IMG/VR virus record: IMGVR_UViG_2524614847_000002
Location: 4,318 to 68,317 of that record
Reading direction: 5' to 3' (one strand)
Origin: a virus
Taxonomy: Duplodnaviria; Caudoviricetes
DNA length: 64,000 nt
Shown here: piece by piece, positions 27,928 to 36,464 of the stretch
Position numbering within the stretch: the first letter of the stretch is position 1
Layout of the letters: each line of letters opens with the position of its first letter
Made by a program: the position numbers and the translations under genes
Notes under the pieces: generated by a model
Seen by the model: the letters and a program-made list of their open reading frames with translations, nothing else
Databases searched by the model: none
What the model was told of the DNA's origin: nothing

Positions 27928-28302
27928 ATGAGAATGAAACGTTTGCTTTTTATTGTGGCAATGATGATTTTTTCTTTGAACATGACTTCTTTTGCCGAAG
28001 AGCGGAGACCATTAGGAGAAAATGAAACAAGACCCAGGTGGGGAGTGATGAATGAAGAATATCTCCCTAGAAAGAATGAGTGGTATCATCAATATGATGG
28101 GGCATGGATATATCTTGATGAAGATGGGTATACGTTACAAAACACATGGTTTCATGACCCTGCTAATGGGAGGTGGTACTATTTCGATGAGTATTGCTAC
28201 ATGCTCCATGACACCACCACACCAGACGGATATTATGTCGGGGCAGATGGTGCTTGGGTAAAAGATGGACAGGCGGTTATTGAGACAGTAGCCAACAAAT
28301 AA
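27928..28302 (+). CDS. Secreted cell-wall-binding-repeat protein (moron)
   Basis: Signal peptide; WYYFDEYCYM repeats; TTTPDGYYVGADGAWV; own promoter (TTGCAC-17-TACCAT, 27872-27900) and terminator. Confidence 0.75.
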   Translation: MRMKRLLFIVAMMIFSLNMTSFAEERRPLGENETRPRWGVMNEEYLPRKNEWYHQYDGAWIYLDEDGYTLQNTWFHDPANGRWYYFDEYCYMLHDTTTPDGYYVGADGAWVKDGQAVIETVANK

Positions 28303-28317
28303 AATAATATGATCCAG

Positions 28318-28344
28318 AGAGCAGAGCGAAAGCCCTGCTCTTTT
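28318..28344 (+). terminator. Rho-independent terminator
   Basis: GAGCAGAGC-GAAA-GCCCTGCTC-TTTT. Confidence 0.7.
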
Positions 28345-28355
28345 AAATTTCCCTA

Positions 28356-28384
28356 TTGATTGCCATAATCATATGCATTATAAT
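28356..28384 (+). promoter_or_regulatory. Sigma-A promoter of a moron
   Basis: TTGATT-17 bp-TATAAT. Confidence 0.65.
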
Positions 28385-28410
28385 AAATGGTAAAAAATAC
28401 CAAAGGGGAA

Positions 28411-28563
28411 ATGATTATGACTGATAAGGGCAAAAAACATGTAGAGTTAAATAATGCCGTGGAGGAACGTGCCGTTCAATACACTGTGCAATCAAGCGAA
28501 ACAAAGAATAAGGACATTGCATATATGACCGGAAAGAATACAAAAAATGATAAAAAGGAGTGA
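28411..28563 (+). CDS. 50-aa hydrophilic peptide (moron gene 1)
   Basis: AAGGGG RBS; GTGA overlap with the next gene. Confidence 0.55.
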   Translation: MIMTDKGKKHVELNNAVEERAVQYTVQSSETKNKDIAYMTGKNTKNDKKE

Positions 28564-29162
28564 TAGACATAAATGACATATTAAATGTTATAAAAGAATT
28601 ACCTTTAATTCTACAGTATGTGGTACCAGGATATTGTTGTATAATTTTATTTCAATTCACAACATCAAAGAAAATTGATGGTAAATATTTATTAGTTATA
28701 AGCTGCGTACTCAGCTACATTCTTTTATCCTTGGTATCATTGCTAAGAATAAAGTGGTTTAAGCGTGTGCCAGATTTGGCAATGCTTAATTCTGGTATAT
28801 CAATATTACTTGGAATAGTAATAATATGTATTCTTTCTATTTTGTTTCAGAGAGTATGGTTTAAAAAGCTTATGGTGAAGTTATTTCATAAGACACCAAA
28901 CGAAGATATATGGAGAGACGTACTTGATCTTGATAATGGTTCCAACTTAAAGGTTTATCTTAAGAACGAGAAGTATTATATTATTGGTAGTCATAAGAAT
29001 CACGAAGAAAAGGGTAATGACTCCTGGCTTGCGTTGAGTGGATTTGTTAAAATGGATAAAGAGACAAACGAAATTTATAATAATGAGCCAGATTTCTCAA
29101 ATGACAATTCTGTAATAATTACTGTCAGGTTTTCTGATATCGAACACATCGAAATATTTTGA
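28560..29162 (+). CDS. Multi-TM membrane protein, DUF6338-like (moron gene 2)
   Basis: Hydrophobic N-half (YVVPGY...), soluble beta-rich C-half ending DIEHIEIF; low GC. Confidence 0.7.
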   Translation: MIDINDILNVIKELPLILQYVVPGYCCIILFQFTTSKKIDGKYLLVISCVLSYILLSLVSLLRIKWFKRVPDLAMLNSGISILLGIVIICILSILFQRVWFKKLMVKLFHKTPNEDIWRDVLDLDNGSNLKVYLKNEKYYIIGSHKNHEEKGNDSWLALSGFVKMDKETNEIYNNEPDFSNDNSVIITVRFSDIEHIEIF

Positions 29163-29169
29163 ATTTTAA

Positions 29170-29197
29170 GAGTGAGGGTTGAGCCTTCACTCTTTTT
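29170..29197 (+). terminator. Rho-independent terminator
   Basis: GAGTGAGGG-TTGAG-CCTTCACTC-TTTTT. Confidence 0.65.
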
Positions 29198-29220
29198 ATA
29201 TGCAGAAAGGAAGTGAAGCC

Positions 29221-29793
29221 ATGGCAGATATAAGTAAGGAAATAAAGGATTTTCAAGATGCTGAAAAAGGTGAAAACGTTAGGGGAAGCATGATATCACT
29301 TGCGAAAAAAGTGAATGCTGATGGTGAGAAAGCACTTACGCAAGTAGCCGAACAGGTAACCAGAATAGACGGAGTAGCAGCACAAGCAACGCAGACGTTA
29401 AATACTGCAAATACAGCTATTAATACGGCGAATGAAGCTACAAACACAGCAGAAAGAGCTATCAGAGAAGCACAGAACACACTTGCGGATGGCAAGCAGC
29501 AAGTGCAACAGGCGGCAGGAAGTGCAGACCTTGCAGAAAGCTGGGCTGTAGGAAATAAAGGAATTCGCCCAGGTGAAAACAGTAATAACAGCAAGTATCA
29601 CAGTGAACAATCAAAAGCGGCTGCTAATCGGGCGAAACAGGAAGCGGACCGGGCCGCACAATATTCCTCAGTAGTTGCTCCTACATTTCATATAGATTGG
29701 GATACAATGGAACTGATTCAAGATACACAAGGTTCGGGGATTGTATTTTCTCTTGATGAAAATAAAGTCCTGTCTTTTGATTTTGTAAATTAG
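29221..29793 (+). CDS. Tail-associated coiled-coil protein
   Basis: AESWAVG...GENSNNSKYHSEQS. Confidence 0.75.
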   Translation: MADISKEIKDFQDAEKGENVRGSMISLAKKVNADGEKALTQVAEQVTRIDGVAAQATQTLNTANTAINTANEATNTAERAIREAQNTLADGKQQVQQAAGSADLAESWAVGNKGIRPGENSNNSKYHSEQSKAAANRAKQEADRAAQYSSVVAPTFHIDWDTMELIQDTQGSGIVFSLDENKVLSFDFVN

Positions 29794-29807
29794 AAAGGAA
29801 TGATATA

Positions 29808-30584
29808 ATGGGAATTTTAGGAACTGTAGGCATAGCGGATAAAGGTACCTATAATGCAAGCGCAACATATGTAACCGGAAATTCAGTTTACTATGAAGGA
29901 TCGACATGGACGGCACTTAAAGACAATTTAACTGGAATCCAGCCGGAGGAAGGAGAAAACTGGAAGTATCTGGCTCGTGGCTTTGGATCCGATAGTCTAT
30001 CACAAATAGAAGGCAAGGATACCAGTGGAGTACTTGGTCCGGCTGGCGCAAATGTAATCAGTCAGGCATTGGTTGATGCATTAGCTGATAGAGTAATGAC
30101 AAAGTTATTTCCTAACTCAAACATAGTAAATAATGGCCTTACAACGCAGGCAGGATTTGCCCTTGATGCTCGTTATGGAAAGACTTTAAAGGATTTGTTT
30201 GATGGACTAAATAGCAATTTGAATGATATAAAAAACGTATCTTATTCAGTTGGTAGTGGCATTGATGCCAATAGTTGCTCCGGTGGTATTATATATCTTC
30301 TCCAAAAGAATTCCCTTTGCCAAATCCGGGGGTCTATAACCATCGTTGCTGCTTTGAATAACGACTCAAGTAGGTCAATATTTTCCCCAGAATTTAATGG
30401 TCAGGCTTATTCACCTATACCCGATGGAATGCTATTGACTTATCACGTAAGATACCAAGATATTACCGGTTACTTATCTTATGATGCGACTACAAAAACA
30501 TTTAAGCTGTTTAACTATAGCGGGAAAACAATAGCAGCTAATTCCTTCATCGAAATATGGGGCAATTATATTTCACATTTTTAA
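29808..30584 (+). CDS. Tail fibre/receptor-binding protein with a switchable C-terminus
   Basis: Constant N-terminus (IVNNGLTTQAGFALDARYGK) up to LNSNL, then variable tip cassette A. Confidence 0.8.
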   Translation: MGILGTVGIADKGTYNASATYVTGNSVYYEGSTWTALKDNLTGIQPEEGENWKYLARGFGSDSLSQIEGKDTSGVLGPAGANVISQALVDALADRVMTKLFPNSNIVNNGLTTQAGFALDARYGKTLKDLFDGLNSNLNDIKNVSYSVGSGIDANSCSGGIIYLLQKNSLCQIRGSITIVAALNNDSSRSIFSPEFNGQAYSPIPDGMLLTYHVRYQDITGYLSYDATTKTFKLFNYSGKTIAANSFIEIWGNYISHF

Positions 30585-30914
30585 ATGATCATTTATTGTA
30601 ATGTAATAGGTGACCTCAGTATGCACCAATATATTTTTAAACTTTCGGAGGCGTAGGTTGGGCTTGTATTATATGCCATTAGTTTGAAGCCGGTTGAGGT
30701 TAAGACAACGGCACTTACTTCCACATCGGCCCACCCGGCACCCATGCCGCCCTTACTTAAAACTATAGCATAGTTATCATCTGTCAAAGGAGCACCAAAT
30801 GGAATGTCATAAGTCACACTGCCTAGTGGTTGTAACGCACCTATGGTGTATGACCAGTGCTGCACATTTTTTGCCAGCCTATCGTTTAATACAGTTAAAT
30901 TGCTATTTAATGGA
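30203..30914. other. Invertible tail-fibre segment (shufflon)
   Basis: Perfect 13-bp inverted repeats TAAATAGCAATTT at 30208-30220 (+) and 30897-30909 (-); central palindrome TAAATGATCATTTA at 30582-30595. Confidence 0.85.
30593..30910 (-). CDS. Silent alternative tail-fibre tip (cassette B)
   Basis: Minus strand reads LNSNLTVLNDRLAKNVQHWSYTIG...ITLQ*, in the same frame across the repeat as cassette A. Confidence 0.8.
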   Translation of the reverse strand, partial: LNSNLTVLNDRLAKNVQHWSYTIGALQPLGSVTYDIPFGAPLTDDNYAIVLSKGGMGAGWADVEVSAVVLTSTGFKLMAYNTSPTYASESLKIYWCILRSPITLQ

Positions 30915-30987
30915 GTAAATAAACTTATAAACCAGAGCTGAAAGGCTCTTATTTTATTGCCTGTAAACGGGCAGAAAGGAAATTTAT

Positions 30988-31353
30988 ATGAATAAAGAAA
31001 AAATGATTCTTAATGATGGAACTGCAATCAATTTGGAAACAGGCGCAAGCCTTACGGAGCTTACTACGGTTTTCACAGACTGGACAGCCGCCGCTTCTGT
31101 TATGCCGAAATTGACAGAAGAAAACTTGTCAAAAGTAGAAGTGCAGAACGGGGAGGGATTAAACAGAGGTAATTATACTGACCTTGTGATGCAACCTGGA
31201 TCATGGGAAGAAAAAGCAGATGGTTTATACATCACAATTTCGTTGCGAGAAAAGACGGACCTTGAAAAACGTCTGGACAAAGTAGAATCAGGGCAGGAAG
31301 TGCAGGACGGAGCAATTGCTGAGTTGGCTGGAAAACAAGGAGGTGTACAGTAA
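30988..31353 (+). CDS. Tail-fibre-associated hypothetical protein
   Basis: C-terminal LEKRLDKVESGQEVQDGAIAELA. Confidence 0.7.
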   Translation: MNKEKMILNDGTAINLETGASLTELTTVFTDWTAAASVMPKLTEENLSKVEVQNGEGLNRGNYTDLVMQPGSWEEKADGLYITISLREKTDLEKRLDKVESGQEVQDGAIAELAGKQGGVQ

Positions 31354-31457
31354 TGGTAGCATGGTATATCTATATGATTGAGCGTGGAAAAATGACGCTG
31401 GAAGATGTGCCGCCAAGGTGGCATGATGAAGTGGAAGAAAAACTAAAGGAAGCATGA
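31353..31457 (+). CDS. CD1375/XkdX-like small protein
   Basis: MVAWYIYMIERGKMTLEDVPPRWHDEV; GGAGG RBS. Confidence 0.7.
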   Translation: MVAWYIYMIERGKMTLEDVPPRWHDEVEEKLKEA

Positions 31458-31888
31458 GGAATATGAGAATGAAAAATATATTATGTACAGCTGCGGGGGT
31501 GGCTGGTAGCTTTATAGCATCTTTATTTGGAGGGTGGGATACCGGTATCGGAACTTTAATGCTTTTTATGGTGATAGATTTTCTTTCCGGGTTGGCCGTA
31601 GCCGGGGTATTTAAAAACAGCACTAAGACTGAAACCGGTGCCCTGGAATCAAAGGCAAGTTGGAAAGGACTCTGTCGCAAGTGTATGACACTCCTTTTTG
31701 TCCTTGTAGCCCACCGCCTGGATTTGGCTATTGGGACTAATTACATACGAGATATGGTGGTTATTGGTTTCATTGCAAACGAATTGATCTCCATCGTGGA
31801 GAATGCCGGGCTTATGGGGCTGCCGCTTCCTGCAGTTTTAATCAAAGCCATTGATGTGTTAAAAAAGAAATCAGAAGTAACAGAGTAG
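31454..31888 (+). CDS. Phage holin
   Basis: FGGWD...IDFLSG...ANELISIVENAGLMG. Confidence 0.9.
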   Translation: MRNMRMKNILCTAAGVAGSFIASLFGGWDTGIGTLMLFMVIDFLSGLAVAGVFKNSTKTETGALESKASWKGLCRKCMTLLFVLVAHRLDLAIGTNYIRDMVVIGFIANELISIVENAGLMGLPLPAVLIKAIDVLKKKSEVTE

Positions 31889-31944
31889 TATATAACTTTC
31901 GGGCCTGGGATTATCCTGGGCCTTTTTTGAATGGAGGAATCAGC

Positions 31945-32784
31945 ATGACAGCAGAACTGAAAAGACAGGCAGTTTGTGATAAGTATGCAACGCTCATAGG
32001 CCGTAACATCTACAGCCAGAATTTACGTGATTATTGTTTCAAAAAGTATTCAGACGGTAACTTCTATAGCGATTGTAGTAGTTCTATATGCCACAGCTAC
32101 CAGGAGGCCGGGCATGGCTTCGGAAACCTTAATACAGCCGGGATATATCAGTCAGGTAATCTGACTACCGTTGATGCAAATATAGCCACTGGAATCCCTG
32201 ATTTATCGCGCTTACGTAAGGGTGACATGTTGGAGTTTGCAGGATCAGACGCCAGCAGACCACTTAAGATAGGTCATGTAGAAATGTATTACGGTAATGG
32301 TATTATCTGCGGACATGGCAGCGGTAGGCCGTCCTACAAGGATATAGCGGCATACTGTAAGAGCCGTTACAATTCGTTCGCCTCTGGTGGCTGGCGCCAG
32401 GGATTAGTATGCGTGCGTAGATACATACAGGACGATGTTATTCCGGAACCAGAGCCAGTTAGATTATCAGGCTGGAATCAGGAACCAGATGGTTGGAGGT
32501 TCTATCTTGGAAATACAGGCGAACCGGTACGGGATAGCTGGTATCTGGATTCTGATGGCAAGTGGTACTGGTTCAATGCAGCCGGAATTATGGTTTCAAA
32601 TACTTGGTACAAGTATAATGGTGACTGGTATTACCTTGGAGAAGATGGAGCCATGGTAAAGGGCCTAAAATATGTCGATGGCAAGTTTTATTATATGGAC
32701 CAGAACGGCAAAATGGCAACAAAAGATGTGGTACTTACGCCGGGTGATGATGGAGCACTGCTGTACCCTGGACTGGCAGAATAG
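31945..32784 (+). CDS. Endolysin (NlpC/P60 domain plus cell-wall-binding repeats)
   Basis: DCSS...GHVEMY catalytic motifs; WYWFNAAG/WYYLGEDG repeats. Confidence 0.85.
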   Translation: MTAELKRQAVCDKYATLIGRNIYSQNLRDYCFKKYSDGNFYSDCSSSICHSYQEAGHGFGNLNTAGIYQSGNLTTVDANIATGIPDLSRLRKGDMLEFAGSDASRPLKIGHVEMYYGNGIICGHGSGRPSYKDIAAYCKSRYNSFASGGWRQGLVCVRRYIQDDVIPEPEPVRLSGWNQEPDGWRFYLGNTGEPVRDSWYLDSDGKWYWFNAAGIMVSNTWYKYNGDWYYLGEDGAMVKGLKYVDGKFYYMDQNGKMATKDVVLTPGDDGALLYPGLAE

Positions 32785-33163
32785 GAATTGTGGGTAGGCT
32801 AATAACGGGCCTACCTAAACTTTATAGAAATTTAATAATTAATTTTTTTAGTACGTTTAAATCAGAGTTTACTTGATTAAATAAAAATCCTTTAACTGCT
32901 CTACATTATCCTGCATAATCTCTAGTTGTTTTAAACTGTTTTTTCTTAATCAAGTTAAACTCAAATTTAATGTAGGAAAGGCACAGAAAGTCAGCATTTG
33001 CATGGGTTTACAAAGCTTTTATGGCATGCTATGCTTCGTTTGCAAGCCGGAAGCAAATATGTGAAAACAAAAAACGTACGTACATTTAAAATCACTGACT
33101 GCAAACTTGAAGTCAGTAATATCAAGCTGTAGTTTCAGCCCGTTAATGAAAGGAGAACCAAAC

Positions 33164-33946
33164 ATGAACGAGTTAATGATTTTTGACAATGAGGAATTCG
33201 GATTAGTAAGAAGCATAGTGATTAATAATGAACCGTGGTTTGTTGGAAAAGATGTTGCAGCAGCATTGGGGTATGTAAAACCAACAGATGCAGTAAGAAA
33301 ACATGTTGGAGAAGATGATAGAGGTATCTCCAAATTGGAGACACCTTCTGGTGTTCAAGATATGGTCATTGTTAACGAATCAGGGCTCTATGCTCTTATT
33401 TTTGGTAGCAAGTTAGAAACAGCAAAGAAGTTCAAACGGTGGGTAACAGCGGTAGTGCTTCCATCAATCAGAAAAAACGGTACATATGAAACGCCTGAAA
33501 GCAAGAAAAGAATATCCTTCAAGGAGCAGGTGGAATGTATCGGCGTAGTGGCTGACATGCTTCGTGTGAATGATGCCAGCAAACTCATGATGATCGGACA
33601 GTTATATAAGAGCTACGACCTGCCGGCAGAATTCCTGCCTATGTATGAATTTAACGGTAGCCGGGAATTAAAATCTGCAACTGATCTGCTGAAACGATTC
33701 GACTTAGGCATGTCAGCAAGGAACTTTAATGTTTTAATGAGAGAACAAGGGTACCTTGAGGAGAGGACCAGGAAATCCTCCTCAAGCCCTAATGGAACCA
33801 AGAAATATAATGCCCTTACTGAAAAGGGATTGAGATACGGCGAAAATGCCGTAAGCCCACAGTGCCAGCGCGAGGTACAGCCTATGTATTATGCTGATTC
33901 GTTCAAAGAACTTTTCGAGATGCTAGTTGGCCTGGAGGTTGCCTAA
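33164..33946 (+). CDS. BRO-N/KilA-C-type phage antirepressor
   Basis: EPWFVGKDVAAALGY...NESGLYALIFGSKL...LPSIRKNG. Confidence 0.85.
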   Translation: MNELMIFDNEEFGLVRSIVINNEPWFVGKDVAAALGYVKPTDAVRKHVGEDDRGISKLETPSGVQDMVIVNESGLYALIFGSKLETAKKFKRWVTAVVLPSIRKNGTYETPESKKRISFKEQVECIGVVADMLRVNDASKLMMIGQLYKSYDLPAEFLPMYEFNGSRELKSATDLLKRFDLGMSARNFNVLMREQGYLEERTRKSSSSPNGTKKYNALTEKGLRYGENAVSPQCQREVQPMYYADSFKELFEMLVGLEVA

Positions 33947-33974
33947 AATAGTTAATATTGAACTGGTAAACTGT

Positions 33975-34003
33975 ATAGGCGGGTCCGTATTGGGCCTGCC
34001 TAT
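33975..34003 (+). terminator. Hairpin terminator
   Basis: TATAGGCGGGTCC...GGGCCTGCCTATA. Confidence 0.55.
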
Positions 34004-34073
34004 ATATTATAGAAAGTTTCTGGAAATCATTTCCACTATGTATCAGTATACCGCGTGATAGTATTAATATATC

Positions 34074-34274
34074 ATGAGAATACTGCTTGACGAATATATG
34101 CGTAAAAAGAAATTAACCGAACGTCAGGTAAGCATTATGACAGGCATTCCACAGTCAACAGTGCATGGGATAAAAAAAGGGGCTATGCCGCGAATGGATA
34201 CAATGGAACTGCTGGCAAAAGGCTTACATATAATGATAAATGATTTGGTTGATACTCCATATTTGAAAAAGTGA
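34074..34274 (+). CDS. XRE-family HTH regulator
   Basis: LTERQVSIMTGIPQSTVHGI...PRMDTMELLAKGL. Confidence 0.8.
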   Translation: MRILLDEYMRKKKLTERQVSIMTGIPQSTVHGIKKGAMPRMDTMELLAKGLHIMINDLVDTPYLKK

Positions 34275-34378
34275 ACGGTTTACCGTTCAAGGCGTTTCAT
34301 TTCTTTCTTATTTTCGTTTTAATATTATAAGAACGTAAAGGAGGGGCAAGAGATGAAAAAAAGAGAATGTAGACAACC

Positions 34379-34407
34379 TTGACAAATCGAACGCGTGTTC
34401 GTATAAT
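34379..34407 (+). promoter_or_regulatory. Consensus sigma-A promoter with a LexA (Cheo) box in the spacer
   Basis: TTGACA-AATCGAACGCGTGTTCG-TATAAT. Confidence 0.8.
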
Positions 34408-34494
34408 TGAATAAGGAATTAACTACCGTGGATAAAATAATATAATGTGAATAAGGAGATACTTTCTTGGATTACAAAGGAGGCATAACGGGAC

Positions 34495-34674
34495 GTGAGC
34501 AAGACTAACGATGAAGTCATATGTGATTTTTACAGGTATATTATTGAATTACCAGAAAAAGATTATTGTGAAATTTGCGAATGTATGAGGGAGGGAGAAC
34601 CAATACCTGGCATGACGGATGATATAATAAGTAAAGCAGATAAAAAACGAAAAGCATTATTTGAAGTGCCATGA
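34495..34674 (+). CDS. 59-aa hypothetical protein downstream of the SOS promoter
   Basis: AAGGAGG RBS, GTG start, MSKTNDEVICDFYRYIIELPEKDY... Confidence 0.5.
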   Translation: MSKTNDEVICDFYRYIIELPEKDYCEICECMREGEPIPGMTDDIISKADKKRKALFEVP

Positions 34675-34688
34675 ATACATAGTTATTA

Positions 34689-34860
34689 TTCGTGTTGCAT
34701 TTTCGTGTTGCATAGGTGTGCAACAGGATAGCATTTTTTACCAAAGTCTATAAATATTATTATTATGAAATACCGGGAATGTCCTGTATTTACAAGGAAT
34801 CCCGGTATTATCAGCTATTTGCGACATTTTATTTTTCCAGTTCAAATCTGGTTGTCGCCT
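34689..34860 (+). other. Probable attR: arm-type repeats plus a duplicated tRNA 3' end (tRNA-Cys-like)
   Basis: TTCGTGTTGCAT x2 (34689, 34702); CCAGTTCAAATCTGGTTGTCGCCT is a T-arm plus acceptor strand with no tRNA 5' half. Confidence 0.7.
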
Positions 34861-34867
34861 CTCTTAT

Positions 34868-34911
34868 GAAAGCCTCAGAAACCTGATAAAATAAGGGTTT
34901 CTGGGGTTTTT
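34868..34911. terminator. Hairpin after the att core
   Basis: GAAAGCCTCAGAAACC...GGTTTCTGGGGTTTT. Confidence 0.55.
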
Positions 34912-34973
34912 ACTTTGTGTATTTGGTGTTTGCGCTTGTTTGCGTGGGCATTTTTAGTGCTTTTTGAGGGTGG

Positions 34974-36104
34974 TTAATCCAGAATTGCCCTCATTTTTGA
35001 TGCTGTCTCTTCCTGGGAAGTAATGTTACGAAGATAGTGATGGGTCATGTTGAGGCTAGTGTGACCCAGGAGTTTTTGGAGTTCGGTATCTTTCATTCCG
35101 TTTTTGTACATGATGGAAGCGGTGGAGAAGCGGAGCTTGTGGGAGGAGCGGTATTCTACGCCTAATTCTTCGCAGCATTTCTTTAAGCGGCGGTTAAAGG
35201 TTACTGTTGCCAGAGGCTGACCGTTACGGATAAAGATGTATTCGCTGCCTGGATTTAGAATCTGGATTTGTGCCAGGATTTCTTTGGCTTTCGGTGTCAA
35301 TGGCATGTAACGTTTCCCTTCACTTGCATGGCCTTTTATATCTTCGATAATCTGATTTTTATCATCTACAAAGCGTTGAATATGTAGAAAATCTCCAGAA
35401 ATATCATCCCATCTTAATCCCTTTAATTCACCTATACGCAGTATTAAGTAGAAATCTAGCTTTATAGCCAGTGAGTAAAAATCATCTCCCAAGTGATTTA
35501 TGATTAGTAAGCGCTCTTCCTCGGTGAATGGAGTGATTTTAGTATTTTCTGCTTTATAGCTGAACTGTTTATAGTTAATGTCTCGAAGGCAATTTCGTTC
35601 AATAATATCATTTTCCACTGCAAGGTATAGAATGCCATTCATAATGCTTTTTAGGTCATTAAAGCGCTTTCTTGTGATCTGACGGCCTTTCGTAATATTC
35701 CTGAAATAGATAATTAGATCTTTTGCTGTCAACTCCTTTAGTGGAATTAATGTGATATCCTCATTTCTCAATAAAGAATTCCACATAAAGCGGTTTTCTT
35801 TAATTGTCTTTCTACTTACGCTTGTCTCCTTTTCTCTCCATTCCATCCATGTTTCAAAATATGTTTCCATAGTAGCAGCACAATCCCCAAAGAAATGATC
35901 ATATAGCTTATCAATTAATCCTTCGTACGTGCTACTGCTTATAGGTTTTCTGTTGACGATAAAATACTTTCGTCCATCATCCGGTCTAGTTTTGATTTTT
36001 GATAAATCATAATCCCTATTTAACTGTTTTTCTTTTGATTTTATGTTCATAATAATTATATGTGCCGGTGAGATTATCATAGCACTATGTTTGAAGATGC
36101 ACAA
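34974..36104 (-). CDS. Tyrosine integrase (copy A; true start uncertain, possibly 36050)
   Basis: LRIGEL, HKLRFS, LGHT, HHYL. Confidence 0.88.
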   Translation of the reverse strand: MCIFKHSAMIISPAHIIIMNIKSKEKQLNRDYDLSKIKTRPDDGRKYFIVNRKPISSSTYEGLIDKLYDHFFGDCAATMETYFETWMEWREKETSVSRKTIKENRFMWNSLLRNEDITLIPLKELTAKDLIIYFRNITKGRQITRKRFNDLKSIMNGILYLAVENDIIERNCLRDINYKQFSYKAENTKITPFTEEERLLIINHLGDDFYSLAIKLDFYLILRIGELKGLRWDDISGDFLHIQRFVDDKNQIIEDIKGHASEGKRYMPLTPKAKEILAQIQILNPGSEYIFIRNGQPLATVTFNRRLKKCCEELGVEYRSSHKLRFSTASIMYKNGMKDTELQKLLGHTSLNMTHHYLRNITSQEETASKMRAILD

Positions 36105-36464
36105 TCTTATTTTGTGGTTTATATGGTGTGTAATTTATATGTGTTTTGTCTTGTATAGAAGGGTATGGTTAAACTTGAAAAAAGTGGTAACCTGTGATAG
36201 TATCGAAATATAATGGGTATGTTATATACTTTTATTTTATTGTAGGCGGAGAGAAAGCTATAGGGAAATTTCTTTGAGAATTCGTGTTCTATAAAAAAAG
36301 AAGTATTGGCTAATAAAGGTTTGGCTAATCCGAATAAGTTCAGAGGGCTGTACAGTTATCGTAGTAAAGGAATACAAAAATATGGTAAAGGAAATAGTCC
36401 TTTATCTGAAGGAGAAGCATAGGAATTACACAAGCTTTAGAACCGGATTTAGGGGAAATATATT

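Larger units (their letters stand above)
1..34860 (+). mobile_element. Temperate siphovirus-type prophage (left end outside window)
   Basis: Co-oriented ERF, replication initiator, HNH, terminases, HK97 portal/protease/capsid, tail, tape measure, holin and endolysin; ends at a tRNA 3'-end fragment. Confidence 0.95.

Noticed and set aside
29808-30914. Diversity-generating retroelement acting on the tail fibre
   Set aside because: No reverse transcriptase and no TR/VR pair differing at adenines; inverted repeats explain the variation.
34820-34860. Complete tRNA gene
   Set aside because: Only the T-arm and 3' acceptor strand are present.
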